A DNA stretch of 64,000 nt from Sphingomonadales bacterium (GTDB taxonomy: Bacteria > Pseudomonadota > Alphaproteobacteria > Sphingomonadales > JAKSBY01). Positions within the stretch are counted from its first letter, which is position 1, and each line of letters begins with the position of its first letter. Below, piece by piece: positions 1 to 8,492 of the stretch. The position numbers and the translations under genes are program-made. The DNA is taken from NCBI GenBank assembly GCA_022360855.1, contig JAKSBY010000558.1:1817-65816 (forward strand), written 5' to 3'. The notes below the pieces were generated by a model. It made no database searches, was not told where the DNA came from, and was given only the letters and a program-made list of their open reading frames with translations.

Positions 1-995
1 AGTTCCTGGTCGTTGGCAAGCCGCTCCATGGTGTCGGCCCATTTCGCCGGATCGTGCGGGTCCACAAACAACGCGGAGTCGTTGTGCCGTGCCAGCTCTG
101 GAAGTCCCCCTGCATTCGCCAGAATACATGGCAGCTCGGCGAGCATTGCCTCGACGACGCTGATGCCAAATCCCTCCCGATGCGCTGGATGCAGATAGAC
201 ATCCGCCGCCGCCAGGTAACTACCGACGTCAGCCTGATATCCCAGTAGACGTACGCAATCCGCTAGGCCTTTCTGCCGGATGGACTCGGCGAGTTCGGCG
301 CGTAGCGGGCCGTCGCCAACAATATCCACTATAAACGGCAGGTTTCGGCGATGCAGGATGGCGGCGGCCTTGACCAGGATGTTCATATTCTTGTGGCTGT
401 TGAGCCCACCGACACTGATGAAGTAACAGCCGGTTTCGTTGGGTCGCGCCACCGAAGCTTCACGCATGCGAGCAGCCGTGCCATTATGGATCACGCAACC
501 TCGGCCCGTCAATCGGGGATACGCCGATTCCTGGCTGCGTCGCACGGCGCCGGTTACGAATAAGTAGTCCCGCATGCGGGACAGAGCGCCGGTTACGGCA
601 AAACGCTCCATCGCTGGAAGCTCCTGCGCCAGTCCAACAAACGCCGCCACGGCCCTGACTCTCGGGCGGGCAAGGACCGCTAGGGCGCAATAGATATACC
701 CCCGGTTAAAATAGCCTTGAACGATGTCGACTTTCTCAGCTTTGATTAACTGCAAAAGTGATTTCACAATCGAAAAGAAACCGGTAGCGCTGGGCACATG
801 CACCGGGACTCCCTTCGATTCAAAGACTTGCCGCACCTGCGAGAATTCGGCGGATGTCAGGGGGCGGGAATAGCAAAATATGTGATGATGCAATTCCGAA
901 TGCGCCGCGAGATCGAGGATCTTGCGCGGCGTGCCGCCGACAAGCGATATCGTGTGCAATAGGTGAAGAACCTTCGGGGGGGTTTTATTAGTCAT
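1..995 (-). CDS. Glycosyltransferase, GT4/GT1 type (3' end runs off the window)
   Basis: Absent from the ORF track because there is no stop inside the window. My translation from ATG at 995-993 gives MTNKTPPKVLHLLHTISLVGGTPRKILDL... Near the window edge it gives ...HREGFGISVVEAMLAELPCILANAGGLPEL..., the EX7E region typical of GT4 enzymes. The start overlaps the stop of the upstream gene by 8 nt. Confidence 0.8.
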   Translation of the reverse strand, partial: MTNKTPPKVLHLLHTISLVGGTPRKILDLAAHSELHHHIFCYSRPLTSAEFSQVRQVFESKGVPVHVPSATGFFSIVKSLLQLIKAEKVDIVQGYFNRGYIYCALAVLARPRVRAVAAFVGLAQELPAMERFAVTGALSRMRDYLFVTGAVRRSQESAYPRLTGRGCVIHNGTAARMREASVARPNETGCYFISVGGLNSHKNMNILVKAAAILHRRNLPFIVDIVGDGPLRAELAESIRQKGLADCVRLLGYQADVGSYLAAADVYLHPAHREGFGISVVEAMLAELPCILANAGGLPELARHNDSALFVDPHDPAKWADTMERLANDQE

Positions 996-2316
996 TGTGG
1001 CGATCGGCGACCCGGCACCGTCCATACGGCCAATAGCTGGGGTACAGCATCAGAAAAATCGCGAGACAGGCCGGCACGATGCCATGGATATATGTCATCA
1101 CAGACCACGTAAGACCAATACCGAGATACGAGGCCAAAAAGACGCCCATCATTCGCGCGATCGGCTCAGAACTGCGGAAAACCCCCCGGTAGGCCAGAAG
1201 GATATAAGCAGCGGTAAATGCAAAGACGCCGACAAGCCCGAACCGTATCGCGAGATCCAGGTAACCTGCATCAACCACGCCAAGCGTTTGCTCAAAACGG
1301 TTTGCGGCGCGTTCTGCGATTATCGCGCCCATCGGGGAGCTCTCGTCGATAAACCCATAGCCGAATACGGGCTCCTGTAGAATCAGGCTGATGCGCAATG
1401 CGGAGATGTTCAGCCGAGAGCCAATCGCACCCTCCAATTGAGTCAACTCCCGGATCGGTCCGACCAATGAATCGACGATTGGCCCCAATCCGATCACAGT
1501 CAGCAATGCGACACCCGCAACAACGCCGCCTCCGGTTTGCAACAGGCGCTCACGTACCGAGCCGAAGAGGAACCAGTAGCCGAAGAGGACCGCAAGTGTG
1601 ACCAGGAAGACCGAGCGATGCGGCTGGATGGCAAGTCCGACGGTCAAGACCAGCAGCCCGGCCCAGCGTGCGGGTGTCGCGTTTTCTGTAGTTCTAACCA
1701 ACTGAAAGAGAAACGCCAGGGCGATTACCGACGCAAACTTTAAATGCAGCCCGCCGTCTTCGCCCACCGGCTCATATGCCGGAGGAAAGAAACCCGTCAG
1801 CGCGAACAGGATCAGCCACCCGATCATGAGATACGAGTATAGAATAAGAAAGCCAATAATCTGCCTAAAATCAAGTCGGTCGCGCATCAAAACCAGATAG
1901 CCCAGCAGCGTATACGCCAGAAGATCTTTGCCATCGGTCAGCGCCGACACGAAGCCCGAATTGCCCTGAAAAACCGGATAGGCAGTGCCAAAAAGAAAGA
2001 AGCCCAAAAAAAGATAAATCTGCCAAGGCAAATAGCCGCCTTTTGGACGCAAGCCATTGACTACCAGAATGACGGCCATTGCGGCGCTGAAAAGAAAAAT
2101 GACGTTCTCTACGGAAAGACCCGGGAGCGATGCCATATCGAATAGGCCAAGAAAGCCGGAGTAAACCAAGAAATAGGCGAGCAATGTGGTGTTGGGCGCC
2201 CTTTCGAGGAAAACCACCAATGCAAGGATTACAACGATGAGTACGGCTGCAACCAACATCCAGAACTTTTTCCGTTCACATTTCAGAAGCTTCTGTCGGG
2301 TGTGCTCGATCCCCAA
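988..2316 (-). CDS. O-antigen ligase / Wzy-like polytopic membrane protein
   Basis: 442-aa ORF that is hydrophobic throughout, with about 10 predicted TM stretches. It sits next to the glycosyltransferase. The true start may be the internal Met (MLVAAVLIV...) at about 2259. Confidence 0.7.
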   Translation of the reverse strand: MGIEHTRQKLLKCERKKFWMLVAAVLIVVILALVVFLERAPNTTLLAYFLVYSGFLGLFDMASLPGLSVENVIFLFSAAMAVILVVNGLRPKGGYLPWQIYLFLGFFLFGTAYPVFQGNSGFVSALTDGKDLLAYTLLGYLVLMRDRLDFRQIIGFLILYSYLMIGWLILFALTGFFPPAYEPVGEDGGLHLKFASVIALAFLFQLVRTTENATPARWAGLLVLTVGLAIQPHRSVFLVTLAVLFGYWFLFGSVRERLLQTGGGVVAGVALLTVIGLGPIVDSLVGPIRELTQLEGAIGSRLNISALRISLILQEPVFGYGFIDESSPMGAIIAERAANRFEQTLGVVDAGYLDLAIRFGLVGVFAFTAAYILLAYRGVFRSSEPIARMMGVFLASYLGIGLTWSVMTYIHGIVPACLAIFLMLYPSYWPYGRCRVADRHND

Positions 2317-2542
2317 GGAAATCGTTGCAGAGGGCCGGCTGTCGAGTTAATCCCGCGCCTCTTACCATCTGGTTGACTTCCAAACCAACCTTCGTTTCGT
2401 TGCAATGACCAAATTCGGCGGCGGACCACTTTTGATCCTTCGGACAACCGCATTCGATGCGCAATTCGGCATCAATGACCGCTGCTCTTGGGCATCTATA
2501 TGAGGTATGGAGACCGCCGGCAAGTACGCCGCCTGTCCCCAT
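2276..2542 (-). CDS. Small Cys-containing hypothetical ORF upstream of the Wzy-like gene
   Basis: 88-aa ORF (…IECGCPKDQKWSAAEFGHCNE…) in the otherwise empty divergent spacer. No recognisable family. It overlaps the annotated Wzy-like start unless that gene starts at 2259. Confidence 0.2.
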   Translation of the reverse strand: MGTGGVLAGGLHTSYRCPRAAVIDAELRIECGCPKDQKWSAAEFGHCNETKVGLEVNQMVRGAGLTRQPALCNDFLGDRAHPTEASEM

Positions 2543-2615
2543 GCCCAGCCCAAGATAAGGTTATGACTAAACTGCCTGACCGAGCCGCTGCGGCCACTGC
2601 CCAATATTTCTCTGG

Positions 2616-3800
2616 ATGGCTAAATCTTTGAGCATTGAAAACGTCACCACACGCGCTGAGCAGGCCTACCGCGATTTGGACGCCTATTGCCGTAGAGAGG
2701 AGTACCACGGCTGGGATCCTTACTATGGCCTAAATAGCAGGGTGTTTCGTGCGCTCGGTCTACACAGAAGCGCCATTCTTCGGCTCTATTGGAGCCAAGC
2801 TCTCAAACGGCTCCCCATAAACCTCCGAACGCTGGTGGGAGTTGAGAAGGGCCTGAACCCGAAGGGCGTCGCGTTGATCATTACCGCCTATTTCCAGGAG
2901 TATCTGCGCGGCCCCGAGCCGTCATTGGCTGAAGACATCGAGCGGCTTGGCGACCTGCCGGTCTCCCCGGCAACGCCGGGATATTCGGGCGCTTGTTGGG
3001 GCTATAATTTTGACTGGCAGAGCCGAATTTTCTTTCAGCCGGCGTATACGTCGCATCCTCTTTCGCCGCCCGAGCCGTGATGGATGCCTACGAGTGACCG
3101 GGGCGGAGCGCTTTTTGGCCGCTGCGTTGAGTACGACCGAGTTCATCAAGAACGATCTCAACCGGACCGAGACGGATCACGGCCCGATCCTCTCCTATTC
3201 TCCTTTGGATAACTCCAGTACTTACAACGCCTCTCTTTCTGGCCCTTCGGATTGCCCGCGCCGCAGTGGCGTGTCAACGGAACAACGGCTCATGGATCTA
3301 TGGCGAAGCAAAGGTGCAGAACTGGATCGACTGCTACCATACCGGATATAATATTCAACCTGGACGCAATCCAAGCAGCCACAGCCGACCAGAAACTCGC
3401 CGCTGCGGTCGAACGGGGATTTGACTACTACGTGACCAGTTTCTTTGAGGCCGACGGAACAATGAAGTACTACGACAATCGTGCTTATCCCATCGATATT
3501 CACAGCACCATGCCCCCATCAACCACGTGAACGCCGGGAAGTCGGAGCCCACCGCAATAGGCTCTCTGGTCACTGTTTCTGGGCAGCAGATTAATATCGT
3601 AGTGGGCGCCAAGCCTCGCAAGGAGGTTATTAAATGCGTCGGTCTTGGCCTCCAGATAATGGGCCGTTCAGTTCTCGGCGGTGCAGGTAGATCGCTTCCT
3701 TCGTACCTGGATAAAACGACAGTCGATCGCGACGCGATTGCCAATTCAGAACGGACGATTGGCCGGCCCAAGGTTTCAAACATGCCGGGAGAATGATCCG
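2616..3800 (+). pseudogene. Frameshifted polysaccharide-cluster gene (alpha/alpha-toroid-like family with WGYNFDWQSR motif)
   Basis: Three successive plus-strand ORFs in different frames read like one protein. They are 2616-3080 (…CWGYNFDWQSRIFFQP), 2947-3351 (…FIKNDLNRTETDHGPILSYSPLDNSSTYNASL…) and 3252-3530 (…NWIDCYHTGYNI…KYYDNRAYPIDIHS…). At least two frameshifts are needed to join them. The 3' limit is uncertain. Confidence 0.5.
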
Positions 3801-4051
3801 GCTTGCAAACAGAAACGCCCGTCAGCTTGCCAAATCCTGATGAACTCTTCGAAAAAGAGCACATGTGGCGCGTTCGCCATATCGATCCATATTCGCATGC
3901 CGATTGCTCCGGCGGGATTGTTGCCGTCTTACGTTGGGTGTCAGGCCTTCATGCTCGAACCCACAGGCGACTTCGCGATGTCGGTAGGACGGGCGGACCC
4001 TAACGACGGCGCCGGTCTAGATCAAGACCACCCGTAGCGCCGAAGCTGCAA

Positions 4052-4157
4052 TGGCGGAGAGGAAGGATTCCGAACTCAAATCCGTCACCTCCTAAGTCAT
4101 TATAATGTATGATCTACTCCAAGAGCACTCGCATACCAGCACCTATTCTGTATGGCA
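4052..4157 (+). repeat. 106-bp direct repeat, copy A; left end resembles the 3' end of tRNA-Ser
   Basis: tggcggagaggaaggattccgaactcaaatccgtca... The first 36 nt are identical to copy B at 14798, and the two copies are about 80% identical by eye over 106 nt. The first 15 nt equal the reverse complement of the 3' end of the tRNA-Ser gene at 22881. Confidence 0.85.
4097..4113. promoter_or_regulatory. Zur-box-like sequence inside repeat copy A
   Basis: TCATTATAATGTATGAT matches the box at 11488-11504 in 14 of 17 positions, including an identical 11-nt core TTATAATGTAT. No obvious downstream gene on either strand. Confidence 0.3.
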
Positions 4158-4200
4158 GACGCAATCGTCACGTCCAACTCAATACAATGATCGTTTGCTA

Positions 4201-5622
4201 CTAAAGCAACCGCTCGAGCGGCGCCCGCATCCTCTGCCGGGCGAGCCACAAGAGGCCGGCGACGAGCGCGGACAGGAAACCGAGCGGTCCGGCAGTCCCG
4301 ATCAACGCCTGCCCGAGCGTCCGGTCCTGGAACGCAAACTGCTTGATCGCGTCATAGTCGGCGAGCGAGATCCGTTGCTTGGCGACGACCGCGGGGCCGA
4401 TCCTGGCATGGAGATCTTGAAGGGCGTCGCGCGCCTGATCCTGAAACATCATCGCGCGGGTCACATCGCCGCCGGCAATGGCGGTCAAGGCGCGATCGGC
4501 AATCATCGGCGGTGACAAATATTGCAGCGCGCCGACGAGCCGGGTGCGGTCGGCCCGCGAGGCATTGAAGGCGTCGAGCACCGGGGTGGTGCGCCGGCCC
4601 GCTTCCCGATTCGCCAGGAAGGTGCTGCGGTAATAGCCGGGAACGGCATCATCGCTGACGGTCATTTCAGGATGGTCGGCAAGGAAGCCGGCCGTCAGTT
4701 TGGCGGTCTCGCGGATAGCGGCGACCTCGCCCTCGCGCATCTCGGACAGAAAGGCGAGCCGTGACGGCGGCGGATAGAGCCCCTCCGCGAGCGCGCCGCC
4801 GATCGCCGGCACGGCGAAGACGAACACGGCCCAGGCGGCGAAAAGCGATGCGGCGACCGCTTCGGCCGCCTTCAGAAGCGCGCCGGCCAGCGCGATCAAC
4901 CCAAACCAGAACAGGCCATAGACAAGGGCCACGGCGAGCCAGGCGCCGAAGGCGAGAAGCCGCGGACCCATGGCAGCGCCGGGCGGGGCGACCACGGCGG
5001 CGAGGAGGGCAGCGATCGCGAAAGCCGCCCACAGAGCCGCGTTGCGGATGATCAGCCGCTCCCAGACGGCCATGCGCACATGGCCCGCTTGCGCTGCGAC
5101 AAGGCGCGCCCGGCCCCGCGCACGATCGCCGGCAAGGACGTCGAAAGACACCGCGATCATGATCAGCGGCATCAGTGCGACCACAAGAAAGGTGATGTCG
5201 AGGCCGCCGAGGCTCGCAGGCGTCGGGTTTTCGAACTCATATTCGGCGAAAAGGTCGGCAGGGTTCGCCCAGCCGCTGATCGTCGTCGTCGTCGGATGAA
5301 GATTGGACCCCGCGGCGGCGAAATCGCCCAGCGGCGCGGGCGGCAGCACGGCGGGCAGGAGGATGCTCATCGGCCGCGCGGCGTAGGGACTCGGAGCCTC
5401 GCCCGTCCGTTCGATCTCGGCGAGTGCCGTACGCCATTCGTCGAGCGCCGCTGTGCCTTCGGTCTGAAAAGCGTCCTGAGCGGCGATGGTGCGTGTCACC
5501 GCCCCTTTGCCCGCGACCGCTGCGGCAAGCACCAGGGCCGCCAGCGCCAGAGCCGCAACGAGGCCCGAGGGGGCAAAGAGGAAGAGACGCCGCTCGAGCG
5601 CCAATGTGGGAGACGAGATCAT
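4201..5622 (-). CDS. ABC-2 type transporter permease (DUF3526-like), second of a pair
   Basis: 473-aa ORF with an N-terminal TM, a large soluble loop and a C-terminal cluster of TM helices. Its start overlaps the stop of the upstream permease (ATGA-type overlap at 5619-5622). Confidence 0.7.
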   Translation of the reverse strand: MISSPTLALERRLFLFAPSGLVAALALAALVLAAAVAGKGAVTRTIAAQDAFQTEGTAALDEWRTALAEIERTGEAPSPYAARPMSILLPAVLPPAPLGDFAAAGSNLHPTTTTISGWANPADLFAEYEFENPTPASLGGLDITFLVVALMPLIMIAVSFDVLAGDRARGRARLVAAQAGHVRMAVWERLIIRNAALWAAFAIAALLAAVVAPPGAAMGPRLLAFGAWLAVALVYGLFWFGLIALAGALLKAAEAVAASLFAAWAVFVFAVPAIGGALAEGLYPPPSRLAFLSEMREGEVAAIRETAKLTAGFLADHPEMTVSDDAVPGYYRSTFLANREAGRRTTPVLDAFNASRADRTRLVGALQYLSPPMIADRALTAIAGGDVTRAMMFQDQARDALQDLHARIGPAVVAKQRISLADYDAIKQFAFQDRTLGQALIGTAGPLGFLSALVAGLLWLARQRMRAPLERLL

Positions 5623-7034
5623 GCGGCAATCCCTTTCTGCGCGCGATTGAGGGCAAAGGCAGCGAAGGCAATGCCGCCGCCGGCATAAAGCAGCAGCACC
5701 AGCGCACTGAGTGCATAATGGGACAGGACGGACGCGAAGCGGGGCGGCGTGTAGGTGAAATCATCGATCTGACGCCACAGCGTCGCGTCGGCCGTGTAGC
5801 CGTACCCCGCCTCGCCGGCATTGAACATGAGATCATCATTGAGCTGCTTGATCATGATGCGCCGATGGGCTTCGGCGGCGCCCGCAAAGGCACGCTGATG
5901 GTGCCGGTCGGCCCCCGCAAGACCCGCGGAGAGCGTCTCCAGCGCCAACACGGGCGACAGGATCGAGGCCGCCATGATGACATTTTCCTGGCGCCCATGA
6001 ATGGCGTCGAGACGGGCGTAGAAGGCCTCGAACTGCGGGTGGGCCCGCTCCTCGCTCTGTTGGAGGCTGTAGGCACCATAGTTGATGGGTAGATCCTCGA
6101 CCTTGTCGACGCCATATTGGGCGAGAATCTCTCTTTCCATCTTTTCCTGATAGGCCGTGTCCCGACGGAGCGCGCTCGACGCCTCCCTCAGTTGCTTGGA
6201 GAGCTCGGCCGCCTCGGGTGTCGGATGCAGCGTCACCGCGAGGCTCGCGGAAAGGCGCGGCAGCAGAACGAAGCTGACGGCCCAGATGGCGACCAGGGCG
6301 ATCAGGGCTGTGCGCTTTTCGCGGCACAGCGCCGAGACGCCCAGTGCGATCCCGCCCACCGCGACAAAGTAAAGTCCATAGGCGACCAGCAGTCCTCCGC
6401 TCCGCAAGGCCAAGTCGGGCAGTACCGGACCGCCACTCGACCTGGCAAGGGGGAGGCCGGGGATCAGTGCTGGCACCACGATCGCCGCCGTGGCGAGGCC
6501 GGCCCCGGCGAGCTTGCCGGCAAGGAGGGTTGGCGGCGCGATACCGCCTGCGGCCATCTGCCGGAGCGTGCCCTGTTCGCGCTCGCCTGCAATCGCCGAG
6601 AACAGGATCAGGAAGAGAAACAAGGGTGCCGCAAACTGCAGGATCCAGGCGGGCGAGAGATCGCCGAACCGGCCGGCATCCCCCAGATCCTCAGCGCGCC
6701 GGAACACCGCCGGGTTCTGATAGTGCGCCTCCATCCACAGCGCCAAGCCGGCATAGTCGGTGACACCGGGGTCGAAGGCGGCAAGCTGCGGCACCGGCTT
6801 GAAGGCATAGCGGGCGAAATGCGCCGCCGAATGCGGGTTACGCGCGCCTTGGCCGTCCCACACTTCGCGGTCGATGGCTTCGGCTGCCGCACGCTCGCGA
6901 TCAAAGGTGGCGAGCCGCTGCACCGACAGCGCCGTGGCCCCTGCGATCAGCGCCAGCATGGCGACAGCGAGGCCGACGAAAGTCCCGTTGCGCAGACACA
7001 GGCGCAGCTCGTTGAGGGCGATGGCGGCGATCAT
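5619..7034 (-). CDS. ABC-2 type transporter permease (DUF3526-like), first of a pair
   Basis: 471-aa ORF with the same architecture as the downstream paralogue. It overlaps the ATPase stop by 4 nt. Confidence 0.7.
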   Translation of the reverse strand: MIAAIALNELRLCLRNGTFVGLAVAMLALIAGATALSVQRLATFDRERAAAEAIDREVWDGQGARNPHSAAHFARYAFKPVPQLAAFDPGVTDYAGLALWMEAHYQNPAVFRRAEDLGDAGRFGDLSPAWILQFAAPLFLFLILFSAIAGEREQGTLRQMAAGGIAPPTLLAGKLAGAGLATAAIVVPALIPGLPLARSSGGPVLPDLALRSGGLLVAYGLYFVAVGGIALGVSALCREKRTALIALVAIWAVSFVLLPRLSASLAVTLHPTPEAAELSKQLREASSALRRDTAYQEKMEREILAQYGVDKVEDLPINYGAYSLQQSEERAHPQFEAFYARLDAIHGRQENVIMAASILSPVLALETLSAGLAGADRHHQRAFAGAAEAHRRIMIKQLNDDLMFNAGEAGYGYTADATLWRQIDDFTYTPPRFASVLSHYALSALVLLLYAGGGIAFAAFALNRAQKGIAA

Positions 7035-7798
7035 GCGGCCGCTCCCCGAGGGTGGTCGGTGGCAAGAGCGACGTGTCCTGCACTGTCTGCACCGTCATGC
7101 ATATGGTCAAGATAAATCCGTTCGATCTCCGCCGCGTCGAGGGCCGCGGCGTCGAGCGTGTCGACGAGACGGCCGGCCTTCATGATGCCGATGCGCGTGC
7201 CGATCTCTTTCGCCCGGAACACGTCATGTGTCGCCATGAGGATGGCCCGGCCCTCCTCCTTCAGCCCGCCCAAAAGCGCGCACAAGCTGTTGGCAGCCGC
7301 CGGATCGAGCCCGGAGAGCGGCTCGTCGAGCAGCAACGCACGCGCCTCCTTCGCGAGCGCAATCGCCACCCCGACCTTCTGGCGCATGCCTTTGGAATAG
7401 GATGCGGTGCGTCGCTCGGCGGCGGTCTTGTCGAGACCTGCTCGCTCGAGAATGCCGAGGAGCTCGGCAGCCGACTTCTGCATGCTGGCGAGACGGAGAA
7501 AATAGTCGAGATTCTCCAGCCCGGTAAGCTGCGGATAAAGTGCCACCTGTTCCGGGATATAGGCGAGCTGCCGCTTTGTCTCGATCGGATGGGTCGCGAC
7601 CTCGACGCCGTCCACATAGGCGGCCCCACCGCTCGGCTCCAGAAAGCCCAGGAAGAGGTTGATCGTCGTCGTTTTGCCGGCACCGTTGGCGCCGAGAAGA
7701 CAGACAATTTCGCCCGGATCGACGCGCAGATTGAGGGCATCGAGCGCGGTCAGCGACCCGAAGCTTTTGGTCAAGTTCCTGGCTTCCAGCATGTGCAC
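7031..7798 (-). CDS. ABC transporter ATP-binding protein
   Basis: Walker A GANGAGKTT, signature YSKGMRQKVGVAIAL, Walker B ALLLDEPLSGLD. Confidence 0.9.
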   Translation of the reverse strand: MHMLEARNLTKSFGSLTALDALNLRVDPGEIVCLLGANGAGKTTTINLFLGFLEPSGGAAYVDGVEVATHPIETKRQLAYIPEQVALYPQLTGLENLDYFLRLASMQKSAAELLGILERAGLDKTAAERRTASYSKGMRQKVGVAIALAKEARALLLDEPLSGLDPAAANSLCALLGGLKEEGRAILMATHDVFRAKEIGTRIGIMKAGRLVDTLDAAALDAAEIERIYLDHMHDGADSAGHVALATDHPRGAAA

Positions 7799-7923
7799 CC
7801 TACTCCGTTGTGCCGATCACGAGATCGTCTCGCTGGTCAAATAGTAAGATATGCAGATAAGCCCCAACCCATCGGCCCAAGCGATACCGCGCGGTCTGGC
7901 TCCTTGTTCAACGCAAAGATGTT

Positions 7924-7940
7924 ATGTTATATTATATCAT
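7924..7940. promoter_or_regulatory. Zur/Fur-type palindromic operator in a divergent promoter
   Basis: ATGTTATA-T-TATATCAT, with the half-sites complementary at 7 of 8 positions. It lies in an AT-rich island between the ABC operon (start 7798, minus) and the Fur-family gene (start 7987, plus). Confidence 0.5.
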
Positions 7941-7986
7941 ATGTCGAGAATGGATATCGCATCGACAAAGATCAGGAGATGCCGGC

Positions 7987-8421
7987 GTGGCTGACCGCAA
8001 TGAACGTCCCGGCACATTTCGAATCCCCAAGAATGCCCGGCGCGTTCTCGATATCTTGCGGGATGCTGGTAAACCCCTAACCGCCTATGAGGTGCTGGAT
8101 CGGCTGCGCCCGCTCGGCGTGACCGGGCCGCCTACGGTGTATCGCGCATTGGATCGGCTGGTCAAAAGCGGGCTCGTCCATCGCCTTGAGACGCTGAATG
8201 CGTTCGTGCCATGCGATCGCGAAGGGAACCACGCACCGTCCGCGATGGTAATCTGCACCGATTGTCACGACGTTATTGAGATGCAGAATGATGCCGTCCC
8301 GGGACACCTCTATAGCTGGGCGGAGGCCAAGGACTTCTCCGTCACATCGCTGACGATCGAGATCCTTGGTCAGTGCGGCCGGTGCAAGGCCGGACGCAAC
8401 ACAGCGGCCGAAGGGGGATAA
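7987..8421 (+). CDS. zur: Fur-family metalloregulator, probably Zur
   Basis: …ARRVLDILRDAGKPLTAYEVLDRLRPLGVTGPPTVYRALDRLVKSGLVHRLE… (winged helix), plus CTDCHDV…CGRCK (CxxC…CxxC structural Zn site). I prefer the GTG start at 7987, which lies 8-9 nt after AGGAG. The ORF-track start is 7924. The context is zinc-uptake genes. Confidence 0.8.
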   Translation: MADRNERPGTFRIPKNARRVLDILRDAGKPLTAYEVLDRLRPLGVTGPPTVYRALDRLVKSGLVHRLETLNAFVPCDREGNHAPSAMVICTDCHDVIEMQNDAVPGHLYSWAEAKDFSVTSLTIEILGQCGRCKAGRNTAAEGG

Positions 8422-8492
8422 CCCCTCGGCAGGGCTTTACTTCGAGCGAATTCTTCCCAAACTCTGCTTCAAGCCAAAGGAAACCGCTTCAA

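Noticed and set aside
4052-4157. Repeat copies A and B as functional tRNA or tmRNA genes.
   Set aside because: Only about 26 nt resemble a tRNA 3' end. The T-stem cannot pair after the two indels. The remaining 80 nt show no D-arm or anticodon-arm structure.
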